Notes: generated by a model not told the origin, from the letters alone. A DNA stretch of 61,723 bases from a virus (IMGVR_UViG_3300043472_000004:1-61723); one strand, 5' to 3'. Positions 23,124 to 33,301 are shown, counted from the first letter of the stretch. Translations and numbers: made by a program.

Positions 23124-24870
23124 GGACATTAGCAACCTACCGGGAGTTATCGACGGCTATCTGGAGCAGCTTGAGCTAGAGGAACTCAACGCTCGCTACT
23201 TCAACGACCCGGTTCTCTGGGCGAAAGATCGCCTTGGCATTACCTTCTACTGGAAGCAGGAAGAGATTTCCTATGCGGTGGTTGGCAATGCGAACGTTGC
23301 GGTCAAGGCTGGGCACGGTGTTGGCAAGTCGTTCTGGGCGTCCATCATGGTGTGCTGGTGGATTGATACTCGCCCCATTAACAAGGTGTTCGCAGCGACT
23401 ACGGCCCCCAGTGCCGATCAGGTTTCTGGTATTCTCTGGCGAGAAATTCGTAGGGTTCATCAGCTTTCGCACGCACTCTACAAGGAGTACCTCAAGAAGA
23501 CCAAGCTCGGTTTGGACACAAAGGGATTACCCGACCGACCACTCCCCGGATACATTACTCAGCAGAACCAGTGGAAAGATGACGTTGGCAACCTCGTTGC
23601 TCAGGGTCGTAAGCCACCGGACAACAAGGCAGACGATGCCTTTCAGGGTTTCCACGATGGCTATGTTCTCGCCATTGGTGATGAGGCGTGTGGGTTGAGC
23701 GAGTCCATGATCGAAGGTCTTGACAACATCACGACGAACAACAATTCTCGCCGTGTACTGATTGGTAACCCCACGAATCCATTGTCCCACTTCGGAAAGA
23801 TTTTCCGGGAAGACACTGGCGCATGGAGTCTGCACACGATCAGTGTTATGGACTCGCCTAACTTCCACGGTGATCGTCGCTGCACATGCCACTTCTACGA
23901 GCCTCTTGGCCTCGGCATGCCACAAGACGCTCTTGATAAACTAACGGACGAAGAGTACGTTGAAAACAAGAAGAAAGAATACGGCGAAGATTCGGCACGG
24001 TTTGTGTCTCGCGTGCTGGGTGAGTTCGCATACGATGCGGGCAATACACTGTTCAGCGAATATGACTTGGCTCAGGCACGCAATGCCTTGGTATTCCCAG
24101 ATTTGGAGAACCCGTATCTCGTGCTCGGCGTCGATATTGCGCGGCTCGGTAACGACTCGACCTTTGTCTACAGTTACGAACGTGGAACCGTACAAGCAAC
24201 CGACCCTGTGACCAATGAGCCACTTGGCACTGATCTATTAAGTGAGGAAACTCTTGAACCTCTACGCGGTGGTCGTCTGCGATATGTTGACTCTTGGAAG
24301 GGTGCCCCATTCGTGTCGCGCTCGGAGTTCAAGGATGGGCTCGAACGAACTATCCAAGGAACGACAGAACGTATCCACGAATATGCCCTCGCTCTCGGTG
24401 CTAAAGAGGTTCGGATCGACGCCTCTGGTATGGGTTCCGGTGTCATTGACCCGCTGTATGTTCTGTGCCGAGGACGATACCTGATCGTAGAAATCTACGG
24501 ATCGGCTTCTTCTCCTGACCGTCGTGCGTACCACAACAAGCGCGCGTATCATTACAGTGAACTGCGTCGCCGTTGCTTCCAAGGACTCATTGATATCGAT
24601 GGAACCGATGAGGAACTGATCGATGAGCTCGGTGGAATTCAGTACGAATTCAGTATCACGAGTGGTGGAATGCTGATTGAGTCTAAGGACTCCATGAAGA
24701 AGCGTGGCGTCAAGTCTCCGGACGCTGCCGACGCTGCGTGGTATGCCTCGTGTGAGTTGGACGACCTTATTAACTCACCATTTGCTGGCATGGACCCCGG
24801 TACTATTGTCACGCAGCCCTATGATCAGATACTCACGAGCGGTTGGTACACCCACGATTACAGTTGGTAG
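23113..24870 (+). CDS. terL: Terminase large subunit
   Basis: Walker A AGHGVGKS, Walker B IGDEA, GNP coupling motif, nuclease GVDIAR.G.D and SPDAADA. Confidence 0.95.
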   Translation: MTDKDISNLPGVIDGYLEQLELEELNARYFNDPVLWAKDRLGITFYWKQEEISYAVVGNANVAVKAGHGVGKSFWASIMVCWWIDTRPINKVFAATTAPSADQVSGILWREIRRVHQLSHALYKEYLKKTKLGLDTKGLPDRPLPGYITQQNQWKDDVGNLVAQGRKPPDNKADDAFQGFHDGYVLAIGDEACGLSESMIEGLDNITTNNNSRRVLIGNPTNPLSHFGKIFREDTGAWSLHTISVMDSPNFHGDRRCTCHFYEPLGLGMPQDALDKLTDEEYVENKKKEYGEDSARFVSRVLGEFAYDAGNTLFSEYDLAQARNALVFPDLENPYLVLGVDIARLGNDSTFVYSYERGTVQATDPVTNEPLGTDLLSEETLEPLRGGRLRYVDSWKGAPFVSRSEFKDGLERTIQGTTERIHEYALALGAKEVRIDASGMGSGVIDPLYVLCRGRYLIVEIYGSASSPDRRAYHNKRAYHYSELRRRCFQGLIDIDGTDEELIDELGGIQYEFSITSGGMLIESKDSMKKRGVKSPDAADAAWYASCELDDLINSPFAGMDPGTIVTQPYDQILTSGWYTHDYSW

Positions 24871-24884
24871 GATAAACTGGTCAA

Positions 24885-26405
24885 ATGGGTGAATACTACT
24901 ACAAAAACGTCTCAGAAGAGGCCGAAAACCGTCTAGCTATCGTTGAAAACGAGCTAGATATGGTTAAAGAACAGTATGGGGATGCTGTTCGTGCCATGCT
25001 CGCGATGGATAATGTTGGCTGGAACCTGTACTCGGGGCTTGAAGTCACTGAAGGTTTCGACATTGAGCAGCTTAAGGAAGTTGCCCGTCAGCTTAGGGAA
25101 TGGACTGACACCAATCCGCTCTTGTTCCGTGGTTGGGATATCCGCTGTGATTATATGTTTGGCGGTGGCTACGAGATTGAAACGACCGGAGCTACGACAA
25201 AGATCAGTCAGCGTATCCAGACGATCATCGACAAGGATATTAACCAGAATACTGTTTTTAGTGAGGAAGCCCTCAAGAATATGGAGCGGAACCGATACAC
25301 CGATGCTGGTGTGTTCCTGCTCTACGACAAGAAAACAAATGTCTTCCAACAGATTCCCCTCTGGCAGATCACTCGCGTAATCACCGATCCCGATAACCCG
25401 GCGATCAAGTGGTTCTATCAGCGCACATGGACCACGCAGGTTCTCAACCCCCGCACGGGGATGCTCGACTCTGAGAACGAGCGCGTCTGGTACCGCACTG
25501 ACACGGCTGATGCTACATATGCTCCGAAGGTCACGAAGATTATTGACGATCCAGTGGAGAAGGATATTGTTATCGTTGACGACTTGGTTAACGTACACGC
25601 TGGACACATTTGGGGCATCCCAGACTCATTCACTGCCGCACCGTGGGCATTGGCGTACAGCGCATACCTCAAGGATGGCTCGAAGGTTCTTGCTGCTCTT
25701 GCCGAGTTCGCGTGGAAGCTAACCCCGAAGACTAAGACTGGTGCGGATGCTGCTGGTGAGCGTATCAAGTCCACCGCTGGTGTTGCTGGTACTGCTGTAA
25801 CTGATATGGAAATGCAGTCCCTTCCGCGTGCCAATGCTGTTGACTTGAATACGGGACGCCCTCTTGCTGCTCAGGTTGCGAGCTCGTTGGGCCTTTCTGT
25901 TATCATCCTGCTCTCTGACCCCGGAACTGGTGGAGCATACGCTACGGCGAACACTTTGACCGACCCCTCCACGCGTACGTTGCTTGCACGCCAGCGCCAG
26001 AACGGGCGCTTCCTAGAGCGCTGCTTGCGCCTCATCGGCATCAAGGACCCCAAGATCGTTTGGGAGAAGATGAACCCCGATGCGGACTACCGCGAAATGC
26101 AGACCATGACCGAGGCTATTGCTACTGGTGCCTTCTGGCCTGACGAGTACCGCGAGGCTCTTGCTGATCTTGCGCATCTTACTCTTCAGCACGACAGCGT
26201 ACCCGAGGGCTATTTGCTGCCTAATAATGCGGCTTCGTGGCAGCTTAAGGCCATTGATCCTGCTGTCGATCCGAACGCGCCAGCACCTTCTCCCGGTGGA
26301 GCTAGCCCTGCTCGGCAGGGTGTCGGTACTAAGCAGACTCCCGCTACCAAGAAGCCTAGCTATGGCGTCAATGATCTTCGCGGAACGGGCGGCGCAGCCC
26401 CGTAA
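24885..26405 (+). CDS. Portal protein
   Basis: 506 aa directly after terL; NPL..RG motif. Confidence 0.85.
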   Translation: MGEYYYKNVSEEAENRLAIVENELDMVKEQYGDAVRAMLAMDNVGWNLYSGLEVTEGFDIEQLKEVARQLREWTDTNPLLFRGWDIRCDYMFGGGYEIETTGATTKISQRIQTIIDKDINQNTVFSEEALKNMERNRYTDAGVFLLYDKKTNVFQQIPLWQITRVITDPDNPAIKWFYQRTWTTQVLNPRTGMLDSENERVWYRTDTADATYAPKVTKIIDDPVEKDIVIVDDLVNVHAGHIWGIPDSFTAAPWALAYSAYLKDGSKVLAALAEFAWKLTPKTKTGADAAGERIKSTAGVAGTAVTDMEMQSLPRANAVDLNTGRPLAAQVASSLGLSVIILLSDPGTGGAYATANTLTDPSTRTLLARQRQNGRFLERCLRLIGIKDPKIVWEKMNPDADYREMQTMTEAIATGAFWPDEYREALADLAHLTLQHDSVPEGYLLPNNAASWQLKAIDPAVDPNAPAPSPGGASPARQGVGTKQTPATKKPSYGVNDLRGTGGAAP

Positions 26406-26432
26406 CGAGTAGTATAGTATGCTTGGAATATC

Positions 26433-27365
26433 ATGACGCAGAAGCTTCTTAATGAGTCACATGCCGGTGGACTCAAGCCCAACGGGGACGGCACCTACAA
26501 TGTAGTGCTTATCTCACCCGGTAATGGTACCAGCGGCTTCTATTCTGAGAGCATGCTGCGCGAGTCTGGTCCTCAGGCGTTCCCAGCGGGGACTCACTCC
26601 TACGTTGACCACCCTACCGAGGCGGCTCCCGGTCGTTCTGTAGAGAAGCTCCTTGGTATCTATACCGAAGCGGCTCATTACGAAGAGGGTACTGGTCTGG
26701 TTTCACGGTTCAAGCCGATGAAGCATTATAAGGACTTCGTAGAAGAGGTTGCTCCCTATACCGGGTTGAGCATTTACGCTGAGGGCGAGGGTCTTGAAGA
26801 AGAGGTAGACGGCCAAAAGGTTTTCATGGTCGAGCGCCTTCTCCCCAATATCCAGAATACTGTAGACTTGGTCTCGTACGCCGGTCGCGGTGGACACTTC
26901 GCAGAGTCACTCCTAGAGTCGGCACTCGATATCTCTGACGAATCACGTCAGTCAATAAAAGAAGGAAACGAAAACATGGCACTTGAGGACGAGGTCAAAA
27001 GCCTTATCTCGGTTGTCCAGAGCGCAATTTCCGAGCTAACTACTGCACGTGAGTCCTTGGTGACACACGAGGCCGAAGTTGACGCCTCCAAGGTGGACGC
27101 TTCCTCAGCCGTTGAGTCCGCAGTTGCGGCTACTCGCGCAGTGAATGACGCAGAGCTCCCTGAGAAGATCAAGGAATCTCTCCACTCGGCAATCGCTGCT
27201 GGCGACTACAACGTTCAGCCTGCTATCGAATCTGCTCTTGCTATTCGCGAGGAAGTGCTCGCTGAGGCTCAGGCCGCAGCGTCACGCATCGACCCGCTAA
27301 GTGAGAACTACAGGCTCGGAGCTCCGGCTGCTAATAACGAACCAACAACTGTGAAGGGATGGTAA
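26433..27365 (+). CDS. Capsid maturation protease/scaffold
   Basis: ISPG.GTSGFY, YVDHP, GLSI, VDLV..AGRGG, followed by an acidic coiled coil. Confidence 0.85.
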   Translation: MTQKLLNESHAGGLKPNGDGTYNVVLISPGNGTSGFYSESMLRESGPQAFPAGTHSYVDHPTEAAPGRSVEKLLGIYTEAAHYEEGTGLVSRFKPMKHYKDFVEEVAPYTGLSIYAEGEGLEEEVDGQKVFMVERLLPNIQNTVDLVSYAGRGGHFAESLLESALDISDESRQSIKEGNENMALEDEVKSLISVVQSAISELTTARESLVTHEAEVDASKVDASSAVESAVAATRAVNDAELPEKIKESLHSAIAAGDYNVQPAIESALAIREEVLAEAQAAASRIDPLSENYRLGAPAANNEPTTVKGW

Positions 27366-27368
27366 CCC

Positions 27369-27803
27369 ATGTCAAAGTGGCGTATCCCATTTAAGAACAC
27401 AGTCATTAGCTCGGACGCTATCCCTGCTGCCGGTACTGCTGGTGGTAAGGCGAACGACCCGGTACATGACCGTGGAGTCAATGCTGTAAATCTCTGGGGA
27501 ACCGGTGCTGCCGTTTCTGGTACGGCGTGGCAGATCGCTGCTGGCCTTGCTACTAACCAGTACTCGGGTGGCGTTGGCGTTCCTGTTGGTCGTGCAATGC
27601 TCGCTCTCGACGGTGTTATTGTTGCGGCGGTCAACGTCGTGACAACCGCTCTCAAGGAGAACGACCCGATCTACATCACATCCGGTAACCTGCTAACCAA
27701 CGTTTCTGCTGGTAACACGCTCTACGGCTACGCCGATGAGCCCGGTCCCGTCAATGCTGCTACCGTCATGGGTGTCCGCATTTCCAACGCGATTGCGAGC
27801 TAA
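27369..27803 (+). CDS. Head decoration/cement protein
   Basis: Position before the MCP; D.IYIT...LT..SAGNTLYGYA pattern (DUF2190-like). Confidence 0.65.
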   Translation: MSKWRIPFKNTVISSDAIPAAGTAGGKANDPVHDRGVNAVNLWGTGAAVSGTAWQIAAGLATNQYSGGVGVPVGRAMLALDGVIVAAVNVVTTALKENDPIYITSGNLLTNVSAGNTLYGYADEPGPVNAATVMGVRISNAIAS

Positions 27804-27807
27804 GACA

Positions 27808-28983
27808 ATGCCCCGTAATATTTATGAGAACGCGCATCCCGCTGCTCTTAAGGAAATTGCCTCCCTCGTTGAGGCGACCATTGCTGGTGAGCGCATCAAG
27901 AAGGAAATCCTCCTTGAGCGTCTTGGTACCACAGATGGCGTCTTCGCGTTTGCTAACCTGACTAACGTCTACCTTCAGAAGAACTATGCTGACAGCTTCG
28001 CTACCGCGATCTGGCCGCAGATTTCTGAGCGTAGCATCGTTCAGGACTTCCGTACAATCTCTTGGCTGAGCTTCTACGTCGATACAGTTTCTACCGAGAA
28101 GGCTGCTAACAAGGGCACCGTGCGTGGTAACGCCGGTATCTATGGCGGTACTCTTCCGGAAGTAGCTGAAGGCGAGAAGTACCAGAGCTTCAACCTAACA
28201 CAGAACCTGATCAGTGGATTCAGTGTTAAGAAGTACGGTGCTCAGATCGGCTTCACATGGGAAGCATTCGTAAACGATCCATACAACACGGTTCGTCGTA
28301 TCCCATCGCTTATGGCGAAGTCGGCCCAGAACACGCTCGATGATAACGCTACTCGCGCTCTCGTTGTAGCTGCTCAGGCCAACACTCACCTTGCGGCTGC
28401 CGCTACAGCTAACGGCCTTCCTTCGATCAGTGCAGAGTCGGCTTTGTCTTACGCCGCCCTGATCACGGCTCAGCTTCAGCTTTCTCTGACCAAGGACACC
28501 TACGGTAACTACGTTACCTTCGATCAGCTTGCTCTCTCTATTGATCCTTCGATGGTGCCTACGGCGCAGTGGATTCTCAAGCAGTCCAGCCTCGTGTCTC
28601 GTGTTTCTACAGGCTCCGGTCTGAACAACTACACGGAGACTCAGAGCAACTACAACCTTGGTAACATCACCATCGTTCCAAACCGCTTCATGGCTTACTA
28701 CACGGGTAACACTACCGCGTGGATTCTTTCGCCACTGCACGGTACGGGTGGAGTTGCTGAAACCGCTGTTGTTACGGCCTTCCTTGCTGGTGAAGAGGCT
28801 CCTGAGGTTCGCGTCAGCGGCCTTGCGGGCTACACTCCTAACGGTTCGGCCCTGCCGTTCACGTCGGGCTCCTTCGACACGGATGTCTTCGACATGCGCG
28901 TTCGTCAGGTTGGTGGTGCTGGTGTAGTTAACAAGTACCCAATCTTCTACTCGGCTGGAACCGGCGCAATCAACGCCTCTTAA
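27808..28983 (+). CDS. Major capsid protein
   Basis: L.EV.EGEKY, VKKYG..IGFTWEAFVND and P.VR...F..D....RVR patterns; strong codon bias; followed by a terminator. Confidence 0.9.
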   Translation: MPRNIYENAHPAALKEIASLVEATIAGERIKKEILLERLGTTDGVFAFANLTNVYLQKNYADSFATAIWPQISERSIVQDFRTISWLSFYVDTVSTEKAANKGTVRGNAGIYGGTLPEVAEGEKYQSFNLTQNLISGFSVKKYGAQIGFTWEAFVNDPYNTVRRIPSLMAKSAQNTLDDNATRALVVAAQANTHLAAAATANGLPSISAESALSYAALITAQLQLSLTKDTYGNYVTFDQLALSIDPSMVPTAQWILKQSSLVSRVSTGSGLNNYTETQSNYNLGNITIVPNRFMAYYTGNTTAWILSPLHGTGGVAETAVVTAFLAGEEAPEVRVSGLAGYTPNGSALPFTSGSFDTDVFDMRVRQVGGAGVVNKYPIFYSAGTGAINAS

Positions 28984-28995
28984 GTTCTATCCCCT

Positions 28996-29038
28996 GAGAA
29001 AACCCCTGAGCCTATTGGGCTCAGGGGTTTTCTCTTTT
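28996..29038 (+). terminator. Intrinsic terminator after the MCP
   Basis: GAGAAAACCCCTGAGCC-loop-GGCTCAGGGGTTTTCTC-TTTT. Confidence 0.9.
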
Positions 29039-29150
29039 GCTGGTAGTATTGGACTAGCAGACGGGCTTCCTCCCTTATCCCGTAGGCCAGAAGCGGGTGG
29101 TGGCGTCGAGGCGCTGACTCCGCCATCATCCGCTACAAAAGGAGTTCATA

Positions 29151-29609
29151 GTGAGTCTTGATGCGAGTATCATCCGTAGGGTGCGTAATCTCATTCCCGA
29201 CAAGGATGCTATCTATGGTGCGGCTAGTGATGAGTACCTCTTTACCGATCAGGATGTAGAAGACCTCTACCTTGATGGTCATTCCAGCACGCTCTATGCT
29301 GCCGGTCTTGCCAAGATTATTATCGGCACGAGCGAAGCGCTAATTCTCAAGGTTGTCACCAACTACGAGACAAAGACTGACGGTGCATCCCTTGCTAAAC
29401 AGTTCCTTGCTATGGGCAGGGAAATGCTGGACCGTGCCACAGCAGAGCTCGGACTCGACGCGCTCGACTACTTCGACATCATCGACGCTATGGCAGAAGA
29501 CAACAGCATCATGGAAGGCGAGACGGGCGGGTTCCCGATCTGGCGTCATGGATTCCCACGTAGGCAGATCGGATACTACCCTTGGGGTGGCGGTGGAACA
29601 TGGGGCTAA
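29151..29609 (+). CDS. Head-tail adaptor
   Basis: VR.LIPD...YLF.D pattern; synteny. Confidence 0.75.
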   Translation: MSLDASIIRRVRNLIPDKDAIYGAASDEYLFTDQDVEDLYLDGHSSTLYAAGLAKIIIGTSEALILKVVTNYETKTDGASLAKQFLAMGREMLDRATAELGLDALDYFDIIDAMAEDNSIMEGETGGFPIWRHGFPRRQIGYYPWGGGGTWG

Positions 29610-30049
29610 ATGCGCGTAGTAGCGTACATCCTCGGTGGACTGAGCATGCGGGTTCTGCGCTAACGGGATTCCAAACATGCACCATTAGTATCATTGATCC
29701 TAACGCAGAGACAATTGGACTGGGTACTGACTTCAACCCGTTTACTAACGTGTTCACGAACAAGGGCGTTGTGGTGTGGTCCGGCAAGGGACAGGTTCAG
29801 GTCTTCCGTCAGGCTATCAATACGTTCATGCCCGTGGGTTCTGTCACGCAGATGCGTAGGATTAGGTTTACTTCTAGCGACGCTGATCCCACTATCTCTG
29901 TACGTGAAGGGTTTCAGGTCCGCATTACCGCGTGCAAGAACGTGCCCGAGCTCTTGAAGTACCAGTTTACAATTACTAGTGCCATCACTGCCGACCTAGC
30001 ATTCACTCGTGAGTTCGAGGCAGAGGCTGATACTGGAACGATCATCTAA
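29600..30049 (+). CDS. Head-tail stopper (DUF6093-like)
   Basis: VVW.GK.QVQ pattern; synteny. Confidence 0.6.
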   Translation: MGLNARSSVHPRWTEHAGSALTGFQTCTISIIDPNAETIGLGTDFNPFTNVFTNKGVVVWSGKGQVQVFRQAINTFMPVGSVTQMRRIRFTSSDADPTISVREGFQVRITACKNVPELLKYQFTITSAITADLAFTREFEAEADTGTII

Positions 30050-30504
30050 TGGGTGCTCGTTTCTCGCGCGCTGCGATTATCCAAGACTGGGAGGGTCGTC
30101 TCCACGCCGTTCCTGCCGTTATCCGTAAGGTTGATATCTACCTAGAGCAGATCAGCGCGACGGGTGAAGAGGAAATGAAGCAGTATATCGCCAGTCGTGG
30201 TACTTCCTACTCTCGCTCTCAGGGACGAGCAGGACGTATTGAGACAAGCGCTATGTACGATGCCGTCTCTCACCGCCCAAACCCCAACACTAGTACGTTT
30301 GTTTTCTCATGGGAATTCGGTTGGGTTAATGGATTCCTGAGTTACTTCGGTTTTCAGGAGCGTGGATTCAGGCACGTAGGCGGTAACTCTGTTGAGCCTA
30401 TGTACGCCTTGCGAGACGCTGCAACGACCGCACGCGACAAGATGCTTACACTGGGGCCAAAGATTCTTCACGAAATGGCTATGCTCATTACTGGGAGGGC
30501 ATAA
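30049..30504 (+). CDS. Neck/tail completion protein
   Basis: GRIET..M..AV...Y..FQE.GF...M.AL pattern; synteny. Confidence 0.6.
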   Translation: MGARFSRAAIIQDWEGRLHAVPAVIRKVDIYLEQISATGEEEMKQYIASRGTSYSRSQGRAGRIETSAMYDAVSHRPNPNTSTFVFSWEFGWVNGFLSYFGFQERGFRHVGGNSVEPMYALRDAATTARDKMLTLGPKILHEMAMLITGRA

Positions 30505-30506
30505 CG

Positions 30507-30998
30507 ATGGTAGACGGACTACAGATCGTTCCCTATGAGGATGCTATTACTGCACAGATCAAGCTCATCATGCCCAATACTCTTGTTGAAGAGGACGGTA
30601 TTCTTGACGACCAGAACCTGATTCGTACTCCGAACACGGTTGCTGGAATCGGTGGAGTTCTGGTGCCCTACATCGTGCCGCGCTATGGTTCAATCCGTCG
30701 TCGTCCACTGGGATACGCGATTGCTGGCACGCGGTATGATGAGTACTACTCCACAGTAGACATTAGTTGCGTTGCTCCCAAGGGTCGCATGGCGAGGCAG
30801 ATGCTGGATGTTGCCGTCGATGCGCTACTAGGGTTCAAGCCTGACGGAGTACAAGAAATGACCGTCGAGGGCTTGCCTGACAATTTCACCATCATGAACG
30901 ATCAGGGTCGTCCTGCTGCGTTCGTCTCATCTGTGCGTCTACGCTTCGGCGTTAATGGCGCTAATGTCGGTGCGCATATGGTGCCGCCAGCCCCCTAA
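30507..30998 (+). CDS. Tail terminator
   Basis: PYIV...G motif; L.GFKP; synteny before the tail tube. Confidence 0.65.
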   Translation: MVDGLQIVPYEDAITAQIKLIMPNTLVEEDGILDDQNLIRTPNTVAGIGGVLVPYIVPRYGSIRRRPLGYAIAGTRYDEYYSTVDISCVAPKGRMARQMLDVAVDALLGFKPDGVQEMTVEGLPDNFTIMNDQGRPAAFVSSVRLRFGVNGANVGAHMVPPAP

Positions 30999-31052
30999 AG
31001 TATAAAGCTGATAAGATAAGGATTGTCAACTTTGGATTGGAAAATCATCTAA

Positions 31053-31280
31053 ATGCCATACGCACTTAACACCCTAACTGGAATTGTAGATTTCCAGCCC
31101 GAACACGTGATCAATCACGTTGTATTGGGCAAATATCTCAAGGAAGTACCCGAGGGTACCAAGTCCCTACAGCCCGGTATGTTCAAGCCGGGAACCGTTG
31201 ACGAGTTCGAAGAGGTACACGCTAAGGCTGAGCCTGAAGACGTTACTCCTGCTGGCGATAAGAAGACTGAGGTTAAGTAA
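31053..31280 (+). CDS. Small hypothetical protein
   Basis: TAATG-coupled to the tail tube gene. Confidence 0.65.
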   Translation: MPYALNTLTGIVDFQPEHVINHVVLGKYLKEVPEGTKSLQPGMFKPGTVDEFEEVHAKAEPEDVTPAGDKKTEVK

Positions 31281-31795
31281 TGGCTAATGACCGCATGTAT
31301 CGTCCGGATGTATTTCTGGGCCTTGCATATCTAGAGGCGTTTGCTAACTATGCAACGCCGACCGCCGCCGAACTCAATAACGCAACGTATGTCAAGGACC
31401 TCACGTGTGCGCTGTGGGAGGATGGCACGGAGTTCACACTCGGAGACTCCGACACTGACACTGGACTAACCTTCTGCTCCAACGCTGGTGACACTTCGCT
31501 TACGACTAAGAACGCAACCGTTACCTTCAAGGCTTTGAGGGACAAGGACCGCGTTGCTGCTGGTGTCTTCAACCTTGCGTTCGACCATCTTGCATTCCCC
31601 GACATCGACTTCTACGCCGTTGAGCGTCTCGGTAAGCCGAACACTACGGCGTTTGCTATCGGTGACAGGGTTCGTCTCGTGCAGGTCAAGACAGACAACC
31701 CGCAGGACATTCTTGCTGCTGACTCTAGCGTATTCTTGCAGCAGGCGTTTTCCTTGAACAACGCGATAAATTGGAATTACGTCGTCGCTTCTTAG
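31280..31795 (+). CDS. Major tail (tube) protein, copy 1
   Basis: PTAAELN...DLTCAL, ERLGK and GDRV motifs of actinophage tail tubes. Confidence 0.8.
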   Translation: MANDRMYRPDVFLGLAYLEAFANYATPTAAELNNATYVKDLTCALWEDGTEFTLGDSDTDTGLTFCSNAGDTSLTTKNATVTFKALRDKDRVAAGVFNLAFDHLAFPDIDFYAVERLGKPNTTAFAIGDRVRLVQVKTDNPQDILAADSSVFLQQAFSLNNAINWNYVVAS

Positions 31796-31801
31796 GGTAC
31801 C

Positions 31802-32422
31802 CTAACCTCTTTCCAAATAAGCAATCAGGCCCTTGAGTCTGTTGGGATCATCCCCAGCAAGCCCAAGGGCTTTGTTGCATAGGTGGCACAGCCATCCTCT
31901 GTTGCACTTTCCACACGTCGGAGGTTCGGCGCAACAGCGATGATCGTGATCCCAGTGTAACTTCTGACCAGAGTCACATGCTTCATTTTCGCATCGACGG
32001 TTCTCCCAGATGGCAATAGTTTCTTCTGTTGTAAGCCCATACCTCCACGAAAATTGATAATGGACCTTGCACATATGGGATTTATTAGTTCTCAGCATTT
32101 GTCGATCACAGTTAGACACTGGACAAGTAATCCACTCCTTGGGGAAGTAAAGTGGATTCATCACCATTCTTTGCCTATTGTAATGAAAATGGCAGAGTCC
32201 CAGAGAATGCCTAATTCTAGTGCATCCTTCAGTTATACATAGATAAGGCTTACCTGTTTTGTCTTTATTTCTATATTGCGAACCTCTCCGAGTGGGATCG
32301 GGATTAGACGGTCCCCTCCTGCGGCTTTCATTATAGTGCTGGTGGCATAGTCGGTTTCCCGCATATCCGGGAGCTCCACATAGTCGACAAGTCTTCGGTT
32401 CTTCAGGCATCAAATATTCCAT
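31802..32422 (-). CDS. Free-standing endonuclease VII-like homing endonuclease with N-terminal Cys/His repeats
   Basis: YGLT.E...C...C...LHWDHDH.CC...CGKCNRG.LC..CN.ALG...DD...L...IAYL. Confidence 0.9.
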   Translation of the reverse strand: MEYLMPEEPKTCRLCGAPGYAGNRLCHQHYNESRRRGPSNPDPTRRGSQYRNKDKTGKPYLCITEGCTRIRHSLGLCHFHYNRQRMVMNPLYFPKEWITCPVSNCDRQMLRTNKSHMCKVHYQFSWRYGLTTEETIAIWENRRCENEACDSGQKLHWDHDHRCCAEPPTCGKCNRGWLCHLCNKALGLAGDDPNRLKGLIAYLERG

Positions 32423-32428
32423 ATCCCC

Positions 32429-32457
32429 AGTGTAGCAGACTGATAGACTAAGGTCAA
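32429..32457 (-). promoter_or_regulatory. Promoter, probably giving leaderless endonuclease mRNA
   Basis: TTGACC-17nt-TACACT-6nt-ATG(32422). Confidence 0.7.
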
Positions 32458-32476
32458 ATAAGACTTTTGAAAGGTT

Positions 32477-33301
32477 GTGGTTCAAATTACGGACCTGAAA
32501 TTGAACTCAAACGGAAACGTATCCCTATGGTGGGTTCCCACTTCCGGACTCGTGAACTGGCAGTCTCCTACCGCTCCCGAGATTAACGCGGGTGTGTGGC
32601 TCGGTGACGCTACGTCATGGAACGACTACGGTGTCGGCGTACAGGCTTCGGATGTAAAGTCCGATCCAGCCGTCTCTGCTAAGAACAAGGTTAATGTTCG
32701 TGGTGCCTCTAAGTATGGTGGAGGTATTAGCTTCTACTACCCAGCCGTCTTCGGAGACTCTTCGAATAACTACTCTACTGTTTACGACCTCTTCAGTGTT
32801 CCGGGTACTACCGGTTACCTGATCGTTCGTGTAGACGGCGAAGTTCTTACTTCGGGTGCTGCTACCGCTTCACAGCCTGCAATCGCTGCGACCGCTAACG
32901 ACCTCGTTCACGTCATGAAGGTTACTTCTGATTCGTGGACTGATGCGATTTCCGGTGAGGATGCCTTCCGTTACACGATCAACTTCGTGTCTCAGGGTCA
33001 GCTTAACGTCTACACGGTGGTTCGTGCTTCTGCTGCCGCTCCTACTGTTGCAATCCTTCCCCTTACCGCAACCTTCGTCGGTGCGTCTGGTGGAAAGGGT
33101 TCTGCTGCTGGTACAGTCAACACTCGTAAGTACACACGTGGACTCAAGTGGACCTCTAGCGTTCCATCTAAGATCACCGTCTCCAATAACGGAGTCTGGA
33201 CAGGTGTCGTTGGTGCTGCCGCTGGTAATGTAAACATCACAGCAGTCCACCCAGAGACGAACACCACTTCGACCGCTCCGCTGGTTATCACAATCACATA
33301 A
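32477..33301 (+). CDS. Major tail (tube) protein, copy 2, with a C-terminal Ig-like domain; true start may be ATT at 32486
   Basis: WVP...PTAPEINAG, GYLIVR; WTSS...ITVSNNG...G.VNITA (Big_2-like). Confidence 0.8.
   Translation: MVQITDLKLNSNGNVSLWWVPTSGLVNWQSPTAPEINAGVWLGDATSWNDYGVGVQASDVKSDPAVSAKNKVNVRGASKYGGGISFYYPAVFGDSSNNYSTVYDLFSVPGTTGYLIVRVDGEVLTSGAATASQPAIAATANDLVHVMKVTSDSWTDAISGEDAFRYTINFVSQGQLNVYTVVRASAAAPTVAILPLTATFVGASGGKGSAAGTVNTRKYTRGLKWTSSVPSKITVSNNGVWTGVVGAAAGNVNITAVHPETNTTSTAPLVITIT

Noticed and set aside
23113-24870. Intein in the terminase (extra segments noted)
   Set aside because: No C...HN splice motifs or LAGLIDADG blocks; the length is normal
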